Shown in pieces: positions 58,565 to 64,000 of a DNA stretch of 64,000 nt. The DNA lies in the NCBI GenBank assembly GCA_964016885.1, contig CAXHJY010000228.1, forward strand, positions 30,001 through 94,000, given 5' to 3'. Numbering within the stretch: the first letter of the stretch is position 1; the number at the start of each line of letters is the position of its first letter. A program made the position numbers and the translations under genes. The stretch comes from Eledone cirrhosa (lineage: Eukaryota). A model generated the notes under the pieces. The model was not told the DNA's origin and did no database searches. It saw nothing but the letters and a program-made list of their open reading frames with translations.

Positions 58565-58778
58565 ACAGGATTGGCAGAATCGTTAGAGTGCCGGACAAAA
58601 TGCTTGGCATAATTTATTCCGGCTCTTTACAACCTGAGTTCAAATCCCGCCGAGGTTAGCTTTGCCTTTCATCCTTACGGGGTCGATAAAATACAGTACC
58701 AGTAATGTACTTGTGTCGCGTTAACTGACTTTCCCATCACCTTCAGATTGCTGGCCTTGTGTCTAAAGTAGAAACAGT
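58565..58778 (+). mobile_element. Deu/Nin-like SINE
   Basis: TGGCAGAATCGTTAG A-box-like, GAGTTCAAATCC B-box, central core. Confidence 0.82.
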
Positions 58779-58886
58779 TATGTTTCTATATTGTTTAATA
58801 TATATTTCATACTGGCGAGATTATAAAAAAAAATATATATATATATACACACATATATATATTTAACACTAAAGAGATAATAAAAC

Positions 58887-59314
<428 letters not shown>

Positions 59315-59552
59315 TCCGAAATTGCAGAGTGTTAGAACATCGGATAGAAAAGCGATTAAAGGTGTTCATCGTTTTTTCAATTTACAGGGAAATTCGTATT
59401 TCTGGCACTTTTACATACCTACATATTAGATATGTGTATATATTTATACAAATTTGTGCAATCTCGGTTAAACACTCTATATTTATACAGACATAACTAT
59501 ATCATACACTTTGGCTGTTAGCGCATTTCTCAATATATAAATAAATAAATAA

Positions 59553-59583
<31 letters not shown>

Positions 59584-60555
59584 AGTAAAAATTAGCGAGA
59601 ATCGAATTTCAGCCTATGAAATAACGAAAAAACACTTTCGAATTGTGAGGCAAGTGCTCAATAATTCAAAAGAATTAGAGCTTACAACTTACGTTAAAGG
59701 CCAAACACACTGAGATGGTGGTTAAACTAATTATCCACACAGCGAAGATTCGATCTCCTATTTCGGGTCAAACAGATATACAGATATAAAAATATATGAA
59801 AGCATAAATGTATTTTACTCACCGGACCCCTGGAATGATGGTAAAGTCCAGTGTTGGGGTTTCTGCGCCTCCATAAGTCATTTACTGTCCACTTACATAA
59901 AGGATGTTAAGTTTCTCGTATCCTGACTGAACTAGGAGTGCGCGTTATCAACGGGATTCAGTTCGAAAGACCACATAGATGTGTCTGTAACTGACCCCAC
60001 GTGGGGTTCAGCAAGGGAGGCAACACCTAAATTAGGCGAATGAATTCATCTGTGTATAATATTGCGAAAATGCAAAATATCACAAATCGATATATATATG
60101 TGGGGGGGGGGGGGGGGGGTTATTTGTGTTTACCTTTTACATACATATATATATCATATATATATATCGACTCTCTCCTTCTCTGTCCCCCCTTTTTTAT
60201 CTCTCTCGTTCTCTCCCTCTCCCTCTCTCTCTCTATCCATCTGCTCATTTTCGACCGTGTTTTACACATGTAAAACCTTTTTGGATTATCTCCCTTTCCC
60301 TTCTCCCTCTCACTTCCGGTTTCTCTGTTTCTCGCCCTCTCTCTACACTCACTCTGCTGAGATCGCACGGGAAAACACCGCTCCTCAGTTATTTGACCAC
60401 AAGACGTAATCGGTTCTAATCGGTTCGTTGTAACTTATTCTATTTTCTCCTCGGTTACTCTCTTGCATGTGCCTTTGTCCTGTGTTCCCCCTCCATTCGG
60501 TTTGTTTACTTCGTTTTTCCTCTTTCCTTTTTTTCTTTCTTCCTCTCTCTTCACT

Positions 60556-60701
60556 ATTTTTTTTTCTTTTTTTCTTTTTTTCTTTTTTTCTTTTTTTCTT
60601 TTTTTCTTTTTTTCTTTTTTTCTTTTTTTCTTTTTTTCTTTTTTTCTTTTTTTCTTTTTTTCTTTTTTTCTTTTTTTCTTTTTTTCTTTTTTTCTTTTTC
60701 T
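60556..60701. repeat. (TTTTTTTC)n-like polypyrimidine repeat
   Basis: Directly visible. Confidence 0.9.
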
Positions 60702-60885
60702 TTGTCTCGTGGCCTTTTGATCGATCGATAAAAGGCCTTAGGCGCGCTGCTGATCGATTTCGATGTCCTGTTTTAAGCGCCGAAACATCTATGATCACAG
60801 TTAACAGCTGATGAAGGGTTTCTTCTTACGTCCATATTACTTTTGTTTACAGTAACCACACAACCCGCTACGTTTATTGTAATTT

Positions 60886-60919
<34 letters not shown>

Positions 60920-60920
<1 letters not shown>

Positions 60921-62222
60921 GAGGTGTGTCAGAAAAGTTCCAGGACTGATGTCACAAAAGATTTATTTCAAACCCAAACTTCACACTAAGAGTTTTCTCC
61001 TTCAAAGAGTCTAATGCACTTTTCCATCCTTTTCTGCCACGCTTGCATGAACTTCTGGAAGGATTCTTCCGGGATTCTCCGCAGTTCCGTCGTCACGGTC
61101 TTTTTGATGTAGTCCACGTTTTCAAAACGGGTCCCCTTGATGACCCCCTTGAGCTTGGGGAATAGAAAAAAATCACACGGGGCCAGGTCGGGGGAGTAGG
61201 GAGGTTGTTCCATCACGGCGATGTTCTTCTCGGCCAGGAACTGTCGGATGCTCAGGGCATTGTGAGCAGGCGCGTTGTCATGGGGAAGCAGCCACGAGTT
61301 GTCCTGCCACAACTCTCACGCACTCTTCTCACGCACTGAACGAAGCAAACGCTGCAGTATCTCTTTGTAGACATGTTGGTTGATTGTCTGGCACTGTGGC
61401 AAGAACTCGCAGTGGACGGTCCCCCTCACATCGAAGAATGTGATCAACATGAACTTGACTTTGGACTTCGACTGTCGTGCTTTCTTCGGCCTTGGCGACG
61501 ACGGACTCTTCCACTGAAGGCTCTGGCGTTTGGTTTCCTGGTCGTACTCGAAGATTCATGACTCATCACCGGTGATGACTGTCCCTAGCAAGTCCGGTTC
61601 GGTTTCAAGACGCTCGAGGATGTCCTGGCACACTTGCATGCGTCGACCCTTCTGGTCATCGTTCAGATTTTTTATCACCATCTTCGCGCAGACTTTCCGC
61701 ATGTCCAAATCTTCAGTGAGAATCTTCTAGACGCTGTCCCGATTCATGCCTAGCTCATTTGCCATCTGTCGAAGAGTCAGCCGACGATCGCTAGGCACCA
61801 TCTGCCTGACGCGCTCAACGTTGACCTCAGTCATGGTTGTTGAGGGCCTTCCGCTCCTGGGGTCATCTTCCACGTCCTCGCGTCCTTCTTTAAACCTCTT
61901 GCACCACTCAAAAACACGTGAGCGTGACATCGTCTCATCTCCATACACTTGCTGCAGCAATCCCAGTGCTTCTGACGGAGTTTTCCCCAACCGTACCAGA
62001 AACTTCAAGTTTGTTCGTCGCTCTGTGCTCATTGCTTAACGACCTGAAACAGAGGATATGTATATAAAATTATGAAGAAAAAAGTTTGATCGCTGCAGAG
62101 AGCTATGATTACAGTTACATACTCCAGAGGTATTACTTTGAAGGAGAAAACTCTTAGTGTGAAGTTTGGGTTTGAAATAAATCTTTTGTGACATCAGTCC
62201 TGGAACTTTTCTGACACACCTC

Positions 62223-62223
<1 letters not shown>
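60920..62223 (-). mobile_element. Mariner DNA transposon with ~88-bp TIRs and TA TSD
   Basis: TA|CGAGGTGTGTCAGAAAAG..CTTTTCTGACACACCTCG|TA. Confidence 0.95.
60986..62032 (-). pseudogene. Mariner transposase with premature stops
   Basis: DDPRSGRPST, ITGDES*, HDNAPAH, YSPDLAPCDFFLF; stops near 61727 and 61557. Confidence 0.92.
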
Positions 62224-62289
<66 letters not shown>

Positions 62290-63269
62290 TAACTTATATT
62301 TACACAACCAGGGCTTGTTTGTGTAAATATACATAATTGTTTTGTTAGTATAGTATTTTTGGCACAAAGCACACACACAACACACACACACCACACACAC
62401 AACACACACACACACCATACACACACACCACACACACACGCACACACACACCCCACACGCATACACGAATTGTTAATCAATACCATTAAACTAAATGATG
62501 CGTTCCAAATTCATACTTACACCCTTTTCGTGTAATTCACCTTTTTTTACACAGATGCGAGAAAACAGTCGGTAAAAACAAACCTTATTGTATACATGTT
62601 TTATTTCTATCATTCTTTTCGCATCTCCATTCTGTCCGCTGGGGCTGTGGGGAGGCCAGCCCGTGGGACTCCATTTGCTCACCATACGGAGAGATGGCGA
62701 GCGCGACAGAGATGGAGGCGGTGACAATGGGAGTTCGGCTCTTCCACGCTCGGACCATATCCTTGTGGTTGTGTTCATTAAGCAGTTAATGAGTATGTTT
62801 ATGCAGTGTTCTATTATATGTTTATGCAGTGTTCTATTATAACTATTGTTTAGAACACACATATCACGGTAACTAGGGATTTGATCAACTTGTCTCAATT
62901 TCTGTATGATTGTGGTCACAGTTTTCGACTTTTTTCTTATATTCCTATTATAATATTACTGTTTTATTCTTTTATTTCCAATGCCTCGTTCCACACTTTG
63001 TGTGGATTTTCTCGAATTGTCTATTATTTTATTGTCCGTCATTGTGTCTATTGAGATGAAAGTGGTCTATTTCTTTTAATAATTCTTTTTGTTACATGGT
63101 TTCTTTTTTTCTTTCACCTTTACAGCAATGAATCACGCCAAGGAATTATTCTTCATTGACTATTGTATAAATACTTCGTGGAAAAAAGTCCTTCCGCATG
63201 AACGGTTCACCACCTACGTCGTTATTAGTTATAGCTCCAAAACACACACACACGAATACAAACACACAC

Positions 63270-63303
<34 letters not shown>

Positions 63304-63366
63304 GCAGACATATGAAGATATATATATGTTTATATATATACATACATAGATGTGTGTATGCGTGTT

Positions 63367-63430
<64 letters not shown>

Positions 63431-63465
63431 TTAAAAAATATTAAAAAAATTAAAAAATATTAATA

Positions 63466-63610
63466 TTATTTCTGAAGACGGCATATGTATGTGTTGGTAT
63501 GTATATTCTATTTGATAATTTGTATAATTTTGTATAATTTTGTACATAGATCTGTTGAGTATGCATGCCAATTCTAACACATATATGTCCTAGAAACGAT
63601 CGTTAAATAA
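63466..63610 (+). ncRNA. Long-stem-II hammerhead in a PLE-like 3' end (to ~63812)
   Basis: ttattt-CTGAAGA-cggcatatgtatgtgttgg..ctaacacatatatgtccta-GAAA-cgatcg-TT-aaataa. Confidence 0.7.
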
Positions 63611-63811
63611 TGAACTTTTTTTGTTTAATATAAGGAACTGTTTCATTGTTTTATTCATTATTTTTTTAATATTTTATCTTGACTCTGTATTCCGTTTATC
63701 TCTCACTGAAAGTGATTTTTGAATGCATCTCTTCTTTCCATGATATCCGGATTACATTGAGTTCTTCATACGGATTGGACACTACCGTAAACTTTTGGTA
63801 GATTTATCTAC

Positions 63812-63868
<57 letters not shown>

Positions 63869-64000
63869 TTTTCAAATACGAAAACAGATAAAGGTAGGTG
63901 AAGAAATTTTTATCAGCTCAAAATACGAGATTTATTACAGTAAACTATTCATAAGGCTACATACAATTTTTAATACAATTCCTTAATACTAGTGTTTATG

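Noticed and set aside
59900-59990. TTGATAA..GAAA (-) and CTGACTGA..GAAA (+)
   Set aside because: Stem I cannot be closed
60385-60811. Lys-rich and Phe-rich ORFs
   Set aside because: Products of the T7C repeat

Overview
AT-rich, microsatellite-saturated animal DNA; the SINE/LINE repertoire suggests a cephalopod such as Octopus (inference). No host gene is confidently identifiable, and most long ORFs in the track are microsatellite or satellite artefacts. Recognisable elements: an intact two-ORF Tx1/L1-clade LINE inside a (GATA)n array (47359-53083, -) plus two truncated relatives; a frameshifted CR1-group LINE inside (TA/CA)n (8236-11405, -); a mariner with extended TIRs (60920-62223); decayed RTE and R4/Dong-like LINEs; hAT MITEs; a Helitron-like element; many SINEs; a 5.2-kb 47-bp satellite; and a degenerate TTAGGG tract. 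The main signal is a dense set of short Penelope-like (PLE) terminal fragments inserted mostly in (TA)n. About 11 are fold-back palindromes. They carry more than a dozen hammerhead-ribozyme-like motifs, including U3:A8 core variants and very long stem-II forms with compensatory changes, and many share a YATNGAGYDC motif 40-90 nt from the 3' end. All structures were folded by eye; no searches were run.
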